From a plasmid: a DNA stretch of 64,000 nucleotides. The notes under the pieces are model-generated. The model did not search any database. It was not told the origin of the DNA and worked only from the letters and a program-made list of their open reading frames with translations. The position numbers were made by a program, and so were the translations under genes. Positions 39,466 through 49,399 of this stretch are shown in pieces. Location: sequence record NZ_CP156668.1. One strand, 5' to 3'. The first letter of the stretch is position 1. Each line of letters starts with the position of its first letter.

Positions 39466-40766
39466 ATGTTTTTTGATGATGAACCGCATGGCGTGTTCTT
39501 CTTAATCGATAACAAGTCCTTTTATGCTAGTTGCGAAGCCGTTGCCCGGGGCCTTAATCCCTTAAAAGTCCCGTTAGTGGTCCTGAGCGAAGCTGAAAAT
39601 ACTAATGGCGGGCTCATTTTAGCCACGTCACCCGAAGCTAAGCACTTATTTCATCTTAAAGCCAACGTCTCCCGTAAACGTGACTTACCCAATGACCCCA
39701 GTTGTGGGTCGTGCCACCGCGCATGAACCTTTATATTCAACGTAATTTGCAGATCAATCAGATCTTTCATCAATTTACTACTGAAAAAGAGGTTTGGCCG
39801 TATTCAATTGATGAAAGCATTCTTGATATGACCCATACTTGGCGGCTGTTTGGCAATTCCGTTCGCGAAGTGGCACGCTTGATTCAAAAGACAGTTCGGC
39901 AAAAGCTAGGCTTGTATACCACCGTGGGAATTGGTGACAATCCGGTGCAAGCTAAATTAGCCTTAGACCTTTACGCTAAACATAATCATGAATTGATCGG
40001 TGAAATCCATTACGAAACTGTGCCGGATAAAATTTGGTCAATTACTGAATTAACGGACGTTTGGGGGATTGGCCCCCGTATGGCGAAACGTTTGAACCGC
40101 CTTCACATTCACAATATGTATGAGCTAGCCCATACCAACCCTTATTTACTCAAACAGCAGCTTGGCGTCATTGGTAGCCAGTTATTTGCTATAGCCTGGG
40201 GAATTGATCGCGCACAAGTCACGGAACCAACTAAGGTTAAAGGAGCTAGCCTGGGGAATTCGCAAGTGCTGCCACGGGACTATTTTAACCAAGCCGAAAT
40301 TGAAACGGTCATTAAAGAAATTGGGGAACAGGTGGCGGCTCGGCTTCGGCACCACCATAAACTGGCAGGTTGTCTATCGCTAAGCATTGGGTTTTCCTAT
40401 GCCGCGGCAGAAGCAGATGGCCGCGGTGGCTTTAACCAGGCTTTAAAAATTGAACCGACTAACGACAATCAAGTTTTGACGCAACAATTATTGTGGTTAT
40501 TCCGTCAGAATTGGGACGGTCAAGCTGTCCGGAATATTGGCGTTTATAGCAGTAAACTAAATGCCAATTCCGGCCAACAACTTAATTTATTTGAAACCCC
40601 GCGCAACCAAATTCGCCGTAGCCGGTTAAACCAAGTGATTGATGAAATTCACCGGCAATTTGGGTTCACCAAACTAGTTTACGCGACCAGTTTATTAAAG
40701 GGAGGCACCGCTATCAAGCGGGCTTCACTAGTGGGCGGACATAATGGAGGGAATAGCTATGAATAG
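39466..40766 (+). pseudogene. umuC: Y-family DNA polymerase (UmuC/ImpB/MucB-like, plasmid-type) interrupted by a frameshift in a C-run near 39700
   Basis: N-terminus MFFDDEPHGVFFLIDNKSFYASCE... (catalytic Asp region) in one frame, the remainder ...LWVVPPRMNLYIQRNL... through the little-finger domain in another. The expected RDLPNDPQLWVVPPRM junction is restored by adding one C to the run gaCCCCag. Confidence 0.75.
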
Positions 40767-41079
40767 CGATATCGAGATTATTAAGGGGCGGTTAACCCGA
40801 TTGTTTAAGCGGCGTCCCCAAACCCGCTATTGGTTAATGTTGACTAATGACACCTACGATCAGACCTATAATCTGTTTTTTAACAGTCAACGGGCCAACG
40901 AGCGCTTGCAATCCGTTCCCTTACATAAATTAGCTCACTATGATTTAGCTGGTTTAGAAAAATTACTAAAAGCATTACGACAAGATATAAAGCTAACGAT
41001 CGAATTTGTCGGCTTTACTGGGGAACGGTGGCCGGCAAGTCAAAAGCTGATTCAACGAAAGCGGGTGCCCCTTGAATAA
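40759..41079 (+). CDS. Hypothetical protein (~107 aa) between umuC and the YolD-like gene
   Basis: MNSDIEIIKGRLTRLFKRRPQ.... Its start overlaps the umuC stop. No recognisable domain. Confidence 0.4.
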   Translation: MNSDIEIIKGRLTRLFKRRPQTRYWLMLTNDTYDQTYNLFFNSQRANERLQSVPLHKLAHYDLAGLEKLLKALRQDIKLTIEFVGFTGERWPASQKLIQRKRVPLE

Positions 41080-41458
41080 TCAAGAATTTGATTTAGCCAC
41101 GGTTAAGCATTTTTTTGAACACGATTACCATGACCGGGGCATGATGAAATGGCAGGGCTTCTATTTATCCGATCATACTGCCGCTTTAAACCAACAGAAC
41201 CAGCAGTTGAATGCAGTATACGTTCCACGACCGCAACAATCCTTAGCAACAATTACCGAGGTATTGGCGGACGCATATCAGCGTCAGCAACCAGTGACCA
41301 TTCAATTAAAAACGGTTGACCAAAACAACCGCCATTTACCAGATATCACCACCTTGATCCATGGCTACAATGCCAATGATATTGTGATTGACGCTGATCG
41401 GTTTATCCCACTACAAGAAATTCGCAATGTGGCCTTTAAAAATACGGAGAAGCTATAA
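41072..41458 (+). CDS. YolD-like protein (proposed UmuD-equivalent accessory of Gram-positive UmuC homologs)
   Basis: About 128 aa with a DRGMMKW...LSDHT segment resembling the DRGxxKWxxAMMLPEH signature of YolD-like proteins. It is immediately downstream of a umuC homolog, as is typical. Confidence 0.5.
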   Translation: MNNQEFDLATVKHFFEHDYHDRGMMKWQGFYLSDHTAALNQQNQQLNAVYVPRPQQSLATITEVLADAYQRQQPVTIQLKTVDQNNRHLPDITTLIHGYNANDIVIDADRFIPLQEIRNVAFKNTEKL

Positions 41459-41480
41459 AATTCTAGCTCTCCGTATTTTT
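41441..41480. terminator. Hairpin terminator ending the umuC-yolD unit (overlaps the last codons of the YolD-like gene)
   Basis: aatacggagaagctataaaattctagctctccgtattttt. Confidence 0.6.
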
Positions 41481-41575
41481 CTTAACACTTTATTTGCTGG
41501 CTCTGTTTTTTCTAATTGCTTTATTTTAGACAGTTTTACTTCAATGTAGGCAAAAGAATTCACAGACCATTGCCA

Positions 41576-42535
41576 TTAATTGATAACGTTTTTCAGATCT
41601 CCTGATAAATATGCTTTTATATTATCAACAGTCATATGCAACAACCGTTCTCTTGTCTCATATGGTGCCCAAGCAATATGTGGGGTAATATAACAATTTT
41701 TGGCCTGTAATAATGGGCTATCACTAGCAATGGGCTCCCCTTTAACAACATCAGTGGCGTAGGCATAAATTTTGCCTTCATCCAAGGCATTCTTAATGTC
41801 CGCTTCATTAGCCAATTTGCCTCGGGCCGTATTCAATATAATAACCCCAGTTTTCATTTTGGCAATCGTATCATTATTAATTAAATCTATTGTTTCTGGT
41901 GTTTGGATCACATGCAGACTAAGCACATCAGATTGCATTAATAGTTCATCAAATGAAACCTGCTGAATCCATGATTCGGTAATTTTCTTAGGACGATGAT
42001 TATAGAAAATAACTTTCATAGAAAAAGCGTGTCCTATTTTAGCAACTTTTTGCGCAATATGGCCATAACCGATTAGTCCTAAAGTTTTCCCTTTTAATTC
42101 TAATAGCGGTTTTTCCCAAAAAGTAAAATCAGGAGCCTGTGCCCACCGGTTTTCATGAACAAGCTGATTATGCAATCCAACTTGGCTAGTCACTTCTAAT
42201 AATAACGAGAAAGTAAATTGTGCCACTGCGTCACTTGCATATGTGGGAATGTTAGTCACCACAACCTTGTTCTGGTGTGCGCTCTCAATATCAACGACAT
42301 CATAACCGGTTCCCATGATTCCGATATACTTCAATCGTGATGTTTTGCTAATCACTTCATGATCTAGCGGTGTTTTGTGTGTAATGACGATATCAGCATA
42401 TTTAATTCGTTTTATGATTTCAGCGTTATCGTTAACTGGGGTACGATCATATAAAGTGCAGTCGCCTAATTCTTGCAAGCTTTTCCAATTTAAATCTTTG
42501 TTTAGTTCATATCCATCTAAAAGAACAATTTTCAT
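41576..42535 (-). CDS. D-isomer-specific 2-hydroxyacid dehydrogenase (D-lactate / glycerate dehydrogenase family)
   Basis: NAD-binding GLIGYGHIAQKVA, a catalytic Arg/Glu/His triad region (ILNTARG...H), about 320 aa. Confidence 0.8.
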   Translation of the reverse strand: MKIVLLDGYELNKDLNWKSLQELGDCTLYDRTPVNDNAEIIKRIKYADIVITHKTPLDHEVISKTSRLKYIGIMGTGYDVVDIESAHQNKVVVTNIPTYASDAVAQFTFSLLLEVTSQVGLHNQLVHENRWAQAPDFTFWEKPLLELKGKTLGLIGYGHIAQKVAKIGHAFSMKVIFYNHRPKKITESWIQQVSFDELLMQSDVLSLHVIQTPETIDLINNDTIAKMKTGVIILNTARGKLANEADIKNALDEGKIYAYATDVVKGEPIASDSPLLQAKNCYITPHIAWAPYETRERLLHMTVDNIKAYLSGDLKNVIN

Positions 42536-42549
42536 AGTGTTAAATCCCC

Positions 42550-43674
42550 CTATCTTTTCAATGTTTTAGCTGCATTATGTTCTGGTTGTTTAATTGCCGG
42601 GTTTTGTTCAGAAAATGCTTGCAGTTGTTTTTGCGTTCGATTACTGATTTCATGGTGTACATCATTTAACTTATTTTGTAGTTCTGATTTTTGTTGTGGA
42701 TTAGTCGCTTGCTGAACTTGTTGTTGCAAGCCTTGATAGGACTTATTAAGATCATGGGCTGATAGTTTTTTTAGATCATGCTCAGGCTCTTTTGGGGCTT
42801 CTTGTAAGCCTAATTGTTTGGTTAAGCCATCGCTAAGTTCAATCACTTTGTTGCTCACTTGCTGAATCTCACTTAAAGCGCTATGGATTACGGCTTTATC
42901 TTTGGCCCAGGTGGCCACGTAACCGAGTGAGTAGTTGCTGGTATCAACGCCAATATTTTGCATGGCAACATACGCAACCGCTTCGGCTTGGGTTTCCTGA
43001 TAGGTTCGTGGCCGATCTTTAAAGGCTGATTTTAAGCCGTGTAGCTGGCTATGCGCATATTCGTGGTATAACGTCTTTAGTTTCAAAGCATTGTCGGGCT
43101 CATCGCCACCAATGACGATTTCATTAGTGCTGGGTTGAAAATACCCCTTAGCCCCATTTAGCGTCGCTAAAGGCACTTCACTGACTTTAAGGTCGGTTTG
43201 CTGGTTTAAATAATCTTTGAACGCGTTATATAAGCTTGTCACATTCTGATGATCGGCCAAATTTTCTTTGACAAAGTCTTGAGCACTTAACACTGGTTCA
43301 CCGCTAGTTTGTGCCACATCAAAGACGGGTAGATAGCGATAACCAACTATGGCTTTTTCTTCGGTCGTATCAAGCCTTTTCTGATCCTCTGGAGTTAGTT
43401 TTTTAATAATAGGGGCCGCAATCCTGATCCCTTTTTCTCCTTTATTTACTGATCGTTTAAAATCATTCTGCCATTTTTTAAAGCCTGCAACTTGGCTGGC
43501 ACTTGGATTTTGAGAATAGATAAGGTCAATATTACGTTGGCTATACCGGTGAAACTTTGCTACGGTATCAAGATAACTTTTAAATTTTTCACTATCAGTT
43601 AGTTTTAAAATTTCTTTTTCGGCATTTTCGACAAGCTGCCTTTTCCATTTTTCAGTTTCAAATTTACTTGGCAT
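42550..43674 (-). CDS. ArdC-like protein: N-terminal ssDNA-binding DUF1738 domain plus a C-terminal HExxH zincin-like metallopeptidase domain
   Basis: FHRYSQRNIDLIYSQNPSASQVAGFKKWQNDFKRSVNKGEKGIRIAAP matches the DUF1738/ArdC-N signature. The C-terminal domain carries LYHEYAHSQLH. Confidence 0.65.
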   Translation of the reverse strand: MPSKFETEKWKRQLVENAEKEILKLTDSEKFKSYLDTVAKFHRYSQRNIDLIYSQNPSASQVAGFKKWQNDFKRSVNKGEKGIRIAAPIIKKLTPEDQKRLDTTEEKAIVGYRYLPVFDVAQTSGEPVLSAQDFVKENLADHQNVTSLYNAFKDYLNQQTDLKVSEVPLATLNGAKGYFQPSTNEIVIGGDEPDNALKLKTLYHEYAHSQLHGLKSAFKDRPRTYQETQAEAVAYVAMQNIGVDTSNYSLGYVATWAKDKAVIHSALSEIQQVSNKVIELSDGLTKQLGLQEAPKEPEHDLKKLSAHDLNKSYQGLQQQVQQATNPQQKSELQNKLNDVHHEISNRTQKQLQAFSEQNPAIKQPEHNAAKTLKR

Positions 43675-43676
43675 GA

Positions 43677-43892
43677 TTAACCCTCCTCGGCGTCTACAAA
43701 CTCTACAGAATTATCAATTTGGGGTAACTTGATAGATTGTGTGCCGTAAAGCGCTAAATATTCAGCATTCTTTTTTTGCCACGCAACTTGAATATATTTG
43801 CCATTACCCGCAACTTCTGATAGGTACTTATAACTGCTTTTATCCGTCAAAATAGGTAATTCGCTTGCTAATGCTTCCAGTTCATTTTTCAT
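43677..43892 (-). CDS. Hypothetical 71-aa protein (conjugation-cluster accessory)
   Basis: ORF with tight spacing to the ArdC-like gene. No recognisable domain. Confidence 0.35.
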   Translation of the reverse strand: MKNELEALASELPILTDKSSYKYLSEVAGNGKYIQVAWQKKNAEYLALYGTQSIKLPQIDNSVEFVDAEEG

Positions 43893-44012
43893 GATATATC
43901 CTCCTTCTTTTACAATTACACTCGTTGGTTAGGTTCACTTTTTGGTTTTTGAAAAGTAAGCCTAAATGACGAGTTCACCAACCGAAACAACGTGCAGGGC
44001 GGTAGGCAGGTT

Positions 44013-46151
44013 CTAATCAAAATCAAAACCTAATTTATGGCCGTCAAGCTTTAACTTGGCGTCAAACGATTTTCCTTTTTTACTCTTGAAACCCTTTAAT
44101 TTGCTGGTTTCCCCCTTGGTGACCAGCGCTTTAATTGCGGTCTTACCAAGCGTCTTGCTACTCCATTTCTTGGGTAGGGTAAAGTCCTCGCCTTGCTTGG
44201 GTTTCACAATGTAAAACTTTTGTTTATTTATGACAGTTACTTGTGGTGTTTCTAAGAACACCTCGGCAACTTTTTGCGCTTGCTGTTGGTGATTGATTTG
44301 TTGCTTAATGGCTGCACTGCCAGTCAATTGCGTGGGAACATCAGCAATCAATTTTTCCACGAACTTTTTAATTTGTTCTAAAAAGTTTTCCTGTGTTCGC
44401 TTTTTAGCACTTATCTGTTTTAGCGCTTTTTCCCATTTTGCTGTCATTTCAGGACTTGTAAGCAGTGGTTCCAGTTCTACGGCTTTACATAAGGTAATTC
44501 CTTGCTGACTAACATGTAATTTATTTTTTTCAGTAAGTAAGTAACCACGTTTCTTTAATACGTCTAGCACATTGGCTCTGGTGGCTTCGGTGCCAATACC
44601 CTCATTATCTTTTAAAATAGATTGGGCTTCTTCGTCATCTAGAGTTTTTCCTGCGGTTTTCATGGCTGTAATGAGTGTACCCTCGGTAAATGGAACAGGG
44701 GGTTTCGTCATTTTTTGGTCGGGTGTTATATTAGCACTAATAGATTGACCCACTTCAACAAGTGGTAGTGTTGTTTCTTCTTCTGGCTTTTCGGTTTTGT
44801 AGTCGCTAAACAAAACTCTCCAACCCTGATTTTTTGGTACATTACCAGTAGCTTTAAATACTGCGTCTCCTATTGATGTGAAAATGACGGTTTCTTCATA
44901 TTCGTATGGATCAGCAAACATTGCTAGGGTAGTTCTCAAAACAAGGTTATATATTCTTTGTTCCAATGCAGGGAACTTTGATAATTTTTCTTGTGTTGGA
45001 ACTGTTTTCGTCATGATAATGGCGTGGTGTTCTTGTACTTTTTTGCCGTTTACATAACGTTTATTTGGTTCTTGATGATTTAAAGATACATCTTTAGATA
45101 AAAACCCTAGATACCCATTCAGATTTTCAACTAAGTAATTAAATTCCTGCTCTGTAATATAGTTACTATCAGTTCTAGGATAGGTAAGTAATTTTGCTTC
45201 ATACAAATTTTGAACGGCTTGTAATGTATCACTGGCACTAGCGTGATAACGCTTGTTTATCTCACTTTGCAGACTGGATAGTGAGAATAGTTGTGGACTA
45301 GCACGCTTTTTGTCTTGTTTTTGGACGTCCTTGATTAAACCGGCCTGTGAGCCTTTCTGAACGTGCTTAGCTTGCATGAATGTTATTAGTCCTGCTTCAT
45401 CCTTAAAACGCTGATAGGGGTCTAATTTTGCGACGAATTTTTGCTGATTAGCAAGAATTTCAGCATTTAGTTCAAAATAGGGTTCCGGCTTAAAGTTTTT
45501 GATTGTTCGGTCTCTTTGATAGACCATATACAAGGTTGGGGTCTGAACTCGGCCGATTGAGTATACCCCACGAACTCCACTTTGTTTTAACAATAAAGTG
45601 TACAATGGGCTACCATTCATTCCGACCAGCCAATCGCTGATTTGGCGTGTTTGAGCTTCTTTATAAGCTGGATAATATGCCCAACCGTCTTTTAAGTTCT
45701 TAAAACCGTCTAGGATAGCGTCTTTTTCAAGCGAGTTGATCCATAAGCGTTTGATCGTTTTACTTTTTAAATTAATTTTAGCTTGGTTCATAATTGACCA
45801 AGCAATATTTTCGCCCTCACGGTCGCTATCTGTTGCAACAATAATGGTATCGGCCTTCGTTAACAGGTCCTTAACGACCTTGAACTGCTTTTTCTTATCG
45901 GTTGGCACGATAAACTTGTATTTGTTGGGGAAAATCGGTAAATTAGATAGGGCCCATTGCTGATATTTCTGATTATATTTATCCGGTGTGGCTAGTTCAA
46001 CTAAATGTCCGAGACCATACGTGACAAGCGTATTTTCGGGCAAAACAGGGTCGCTAACCGTATAGTAACCCTGTTTTTTTTTGCTCTTTTGAAAGGCTTG
46101 AACGTATGAACGGGCTTGACTAGGTTTTTCAGCTAAGATAACAGTGGTCAT
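44013..46151 (-). CDS. topB: DNA topoisomerase III (type IA), plasmid-borne
   Basis: TOPRIM start MTTVILAEKPSQARSYVQA..., the DxD of TOPRIM (ATDSDREGE), and catalytic Tyr region ...LYEAKLLTYPRTDSNYI.... The C-terminus is Lys-rich. Confidence 0.85.
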   Translation of the reverse strand: MTTVILAEKPSQARSYVQAFQKSKKKQGYYTVSDPVLPENTLVTYGLGHLVELATPDKYNQKYQQWALSNLPIFPNKYKFIVPTDKKKQFKVVKDLLTKADTIIVATDSDREGENIAWSIMNQAKINLKSKTIKRLWINSLEKDAILDGFKNLKDGWAYYPAYKEAQTRQISDWLVGMNGSPLYTLLLKQSGVRGVYSIGRVQTPTLYMVYQRDRTIKNFKPEPYFELNAEILANQQKFVAKLDPYQRFKDEAGLITFMQAKHVQKGSQAGLIKDVQKQDKKRASPQLFSLSSLQSEINKRYHASASDTLQAVQNLYEAKLLTYPRTDSNYITEQEFNYLVENLNGYLGFLSKDVSLNHQEPNKRYVNGKKVQEHHAIIMTKTVPTQEKLSKFPALEQRIYNLVLRTTLAMFADPYEYEETVIFTSIGDAVFKATGNVPKNQGWRVLFSDYKTEKPEEETTLPLVEVGQSISANITPDQKMTKPPVPFTEGTLITAMKTAGKTLDDEEAQSILKDNEGIGTEATRANVLDVLKKRGYLLTEKNKLHVSQQGITLCKAVELEPLLTSPEMTAKWEKALKQISAKKRTQENFLEQIKKFVEKLIADVPTQLTGSAAIKQQINHQQQAQKVAEVFLETPQVTVINKQKFYIVKPKQGEDFTLPKKWSSKTLGKTAIKALVTKGETSKLKGFKSKKGKSFDAKLKLDGHKLGFDFD

Positions 46152-46157
46152 GTTCGT

Positions 46158-46568
46158 TCACTCCTTGTGATTAAGTTTTTGATCTAATTCTGTTTTACCT
46201 TGTTCAGCCGCTTTCAACCAAGTTTCACGGCGCAATTCTTGTTGTTGCTCTATCGATTGTTGCTTCAAATAATGTTGATACCGGTTGATGGCTTTGAGAT
46301 CTGCATAGGCTGACCAACGGAATAATAAGCCACCCAGCAATAAAACTAAGGCCATTAGCGCAGTTCCTAAAAAATCGGTATGGTTCGCCGTGAAAAGCTC
46401 TTGGTATAAATCCATTAACATGAGGTAAATTCCCATTATATATAAGACCATGCTAACTAAGTTATCAAAATAGTAAGACAGCTTAGTCCGCCGTGAAGGT
46501 GTTGTAAAAGGATCGGTTCGCATATTTTTTTTGGCTTTTTCCAATAACCAGTGTGCGATTTTCTTCAT
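46158..46568 (-). CDS. Membrane protein of the conjugation cluster (two TM helices, coiled-coil tail)
   Basis: ORF with hydrophobic segments MVLYIMGIYLMLM and ALVLLLGGLLF. No domain match possible here. Confidence 0.4.
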   Translation of the reverse strand: MKKIAHWLLEKAKKNMRTDPFTTPSRRTKLSYYFDNLVSMVLYIMGIYLMLMDLYQELFTANHTDFLGTALMALVLLLGGLLFRWSAYADLKAINRYQHYLKQQSIEQQQELRRETWLKAAEQGKTELDQKLNHKE

Positions 46569-46582
46569 AACTATTTTTCCTC

Positions 46583-47422
46583 CTAGTGGTTACGGAAATA
46601 ATTTTGAACCATTCTCATTGCACCCATACCAGTACTTTTAGTCACACCGGTTGAAGTCCAAAAGTCTTTAACGGCGTCAGGTGTTTTGACCACCAGAAAA
46701 CCGAATCCGATTGAAGCAATAAAAGCAATAAACCCGTATTTAGCCATATTAGTGAAACACCATACCGATAGTGACATACAAAGCACCTGGCTAATAATAG
46801 AAGCATTGTAATAAATGTACTTCTTCCACCACGTGCCACTGTAATCAAAACTTTCAGTCGTCATGCTCATTGCAGCTAAAGGAATCGTCAGGTTGTACCA
46901 AGCCATATCAGCCACAAACACACACATCTTGATAAAGAATACGACGGTTACGACAGTGAAGATTAGCAGAAACAAAATCTGTAAGGGTAGCGAAATGCCA
47001 ACATCTTTTAGCCCAGGAACTTTATTCATGCCGGTAATTGACTTAGCAGTGAATTTCTGATCAGAACTAAACATATACTTTAGCAGGGGCAAGGTAATTG
47101 AACCTTGAATAAAGCCTTGTAAGAACACGAAAACCGGAATCACGGCCGCTGATTTAATCCCGTCCATGATGATATTAGCCCAAGTCACATCGGTACTTTC
47201 GTCCGCCTCTTTTATAATTGTCATCACAATACGCCCAAGGACAACCACAACGACTAACGATGTCGCAAAGGACAGGAAGATGGCATACCACGTTTTAATA
47301 ATCGGCAAGCTTTGATTGGCTTGGTCAATAATGGCCTTGCAGATGTTGAATAAACCATCTAACAAACCAGACAGTAGCCATTCAAGGAAGTGTGAAATAG
47401 CTGATTGAATGATATTTGTCAT
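46583..47422 (-). CDS. VirB6/TrbL-like polytopic membrane protein (T4SS channel component)
   Basis: 279 aa with about 6 TM helices. Position and size are typical of TcpH/TraL-like proteins of Gram-positive T4SS. Confidence 0.5.
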   Translation of the reverse strand: MTNIIQSAISHFLEWLLSGLLDGLFNICKAIIDQANQSLPIIKTWYAIFLSFATSLVVVVVLGRIVMTIIKEADESTDVTWANIIMDGIKSAAVIPVFVFLQGFIQGSITLPLLKYMFSSDQKFTAKSITGMNKVPGLKDVGISLPLQILFLLIFTVVTVVFFIKMCVFVADMAWYNLTIPLAAMSMTTESFDYSGTWWKKYIYYNASIISQVLCMSLSVWCFTNMAKYGFIAFIASIGFGFLVVKTPDAVKDFWTSTGVTKSTGMGAMRMVQNYFRNH

Positions 47423-47440
47423 TTTAAAATCCTCCTTTGT

Positions 47441-47830
47441 CTATTTGGGAATGAGTGAGACCGTACCAGTATCACTTTTAGCCAGTGTGTTAATTGGTGT
47501 TAGTTTATATTTGTCTGACTGCTTTTTAATCTTAAACAAACGTGTTTCTGTGCTACCTGAAACACTATTTTTACCAATGAACTTAATTTGTTCATTGCCC
47601 TTGTTTTCAATCAACTTGTAAGTATAAACTTCGCTAAAGCCCGCTTGGGTAAGTGTTAAGTTGCTTTTTGAAAACTTTGCAGTAGCGGCCATACCATTAT
47701 CTTTGCTAGAAGCAAATGTCCACTGATGGCTTTGCAAATCTTGTGCTGTAGACTTTCCGCAGGCGGTTAGACCAACAACAATCAGCAACACTGTCATCAC
47801 AGCGATTATATATTTCCGATATTTTTTCAT
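47441..47830 (-). CDS. Lipoprotein of the conjugation cluster
   Basis: Signal peptide with lipobox VGLTAC after MKKYRKYIIAVMTVLLIV. Start at MKKYRKY (RBS GGAGG 8 nt upstream). Confidence 0.55.
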   Translation of the reverse strand: MKKYRKYIIAVMTVLLIVVGLTACGKSTAQDLQSHQWTFASSKDNGMAATAKFSKSNLTLTQAGFSEVYTYKLIENKGNEQIKFIGKNSVSGSTETRLFKIKKQSDKYKLTPINTLAKSDTGTVSLIPK

Positions 47831-47844
47831 TAATATGACCTCCA

Positions 47845-49398
47845 TTAGCCAAATAAGTTGTTATCGTCGTCCTCTTCTGGCTCCTCTGTTTGACTATCTT
47901 TATTTGAAACTTTCTCTAAGTCGCTGTCTAGGTTGTCCTGTTGTTGCTCCTCCTCTGTTTGAGACATCTTGTTTGCGGCTTTTTTTTGAGCAGTCTCCTT
48001 TAATTTTGCTTTCCATTTCGCTACTCTTTGATGAAAGTGGGTTTCCTGGCTGGCTTCTGGTTGGCCTTGATACTCATTCTGTGACAAGTTAACCAAATGA
48101 TCAGCCCTTGGAAATAGTTTAAATTGGAACGCTTTTGTAGCTTTGACTGGTCGCGCATTGCTAAAGATTAATAAGCTCTGATCTTCGGGCATACGCATAA
48201 TTTCATCGGGTGTCATGAGTGAACGGCTCGTATAGCTATAACTATCGCTCTTACTGTGGCTTTCTTCCTTGCTATGACTGGTACTCTCACTACCGGTTTC
48301 CACTTTTACGGTCGATTTACCTAACAAATCACTAAAGTATTTCGCAGTCACATCATTAGCGGCATTCAAGCAAATTTTAACGGCATGATTACCTAAGATA
48401 CTTTCGGCTTTATCCTTGCCATACAAAGCTTGGAGCTGGGTTAAGGTCTGACAAATGGTCGTCACGCCAATACCGTACCCCCGACAGGTAGCTAAAAATT
48501 CTTCATATTTTGGGAATTTTCCTAAGTTGACAAATTCATCAAGGATAAAGTCGACTTGGTGGGGCAATTTAGCGTGATGATCGGCGGCTAATTTGTATAA
48601 TTCATCAAACAATTGTGAGAAAAACAGATTGATGAAGCTTTCATAAGTGTTATCCATGACGGGGATAATTACATATAGAACAACTTTGGCGTTGCCAATC
48701 TCTTTTAAATCAAAGTCTGAAAAGCTGGTAAAATTGGCCACTTCTTTGTCAACAAACTTCGAAATGGTCGCCAACAGGCTTTCAATAATGCTGGCTTTCA
48801 TTTCCCCTTTGGCCTTTTTAAAACCTAACTCATAAGCGCGTCTCGCTGGATCAGTCATAGTTAGATCAAGAAACAAGGTATCTAGCGGACTATCCGCACC
48901 CTTTTCCTCGGCTTCAACGTCATTTTCTTGTAAGACCTGCGTTACGCCCGCCAAATTTCGTTGTTCTGGTGACCGGTGGTTCATGACAAACAGGATTAAA
49001 GCCTTCAAAAGCTGTCTTTGGGTACTGAACCACACGTCTTTTTTACCTTCGGCATTTTCACTTTGCACGATCTTTGTTGCCACGGTTTCGGCTTGAATAT
49101 CCCGTTGAATATAATCAAAAGGATTGTAGCGATCACTATGCGCCATGTTGGCAAAGTTGACGACATGTACTTGATAACCCTGGGCTAGTTTGATACCGGC
49201 CGTCTTTTCGTATAATTCACCTTTCGGATCGGTCACGACAATGCTGTTCTCCGTTTCGTTAAACAGGTTGGTAATGACGACTGATTGGGTCTTATATGAT
49301 CCAGGTCCCCCAACCACAAAGATATTCCGATTGGGTTTGGTGCTGTTATTCTGGTAAACAATCCGTTTATTCACGATCCCTAAAATCGTCCCATTCAT
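47845..49398 (-). CDS. Type IV coupling protein ATPase domain (VirD4/TraG/TraJ-like), encoded without its membrane anchor
   Basis: Walker A VVGGPGSYKTQS, a DEF(V/A)NLG-type Walker B (ILDEFVNLGKFP). A C-terminal acidic tail. Confidence 0.75.
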   Translation of the reverse strand: MNGTILGIVNKRIVYQNNSTKPNRNIFVVGGPGSYKTQSVVITNLFNETENSIVVTDPKGELYEKTAGIKLAQGYQVHVVNFANMAHSDRYNPFDYIQRDIQAETVATKIVQSENAEGKKDVWFSTQRQLLKALILFVMNHRSPEQRNLAGVTQVLQENDVEAEEKGADSPLDTLFLDLTMTDPARRAYELGFKKAKGEMKASIIESLLATISKFVDKEVANFTSFSDFDLKEIGNAKVVLYVIIPVMDNTYESFINLFFSQLFDELYKLAADHHAKLPHQVDFILDEFVNLGKFPKYEEFLATCRGYGIGVTTICQTLTQLQALYGKDKAESILGNHAVKICLNAANDVTAKYFSDLLGKSTVKVETGSESTSHSKEESHSKSDSYSYTSRSLMTPDEIMRMPEDQSLLIFSNARPVKATKAFQFKLFPRADHLVNLSQNEYQGQPEASQETHFHQRVAKWKAKLKETAQKKAANKMSQTEEEQQQDNLDSDLEKVSNKDSQTEEPEEDDDNNLFG

Positions 49399-49399
49399 G

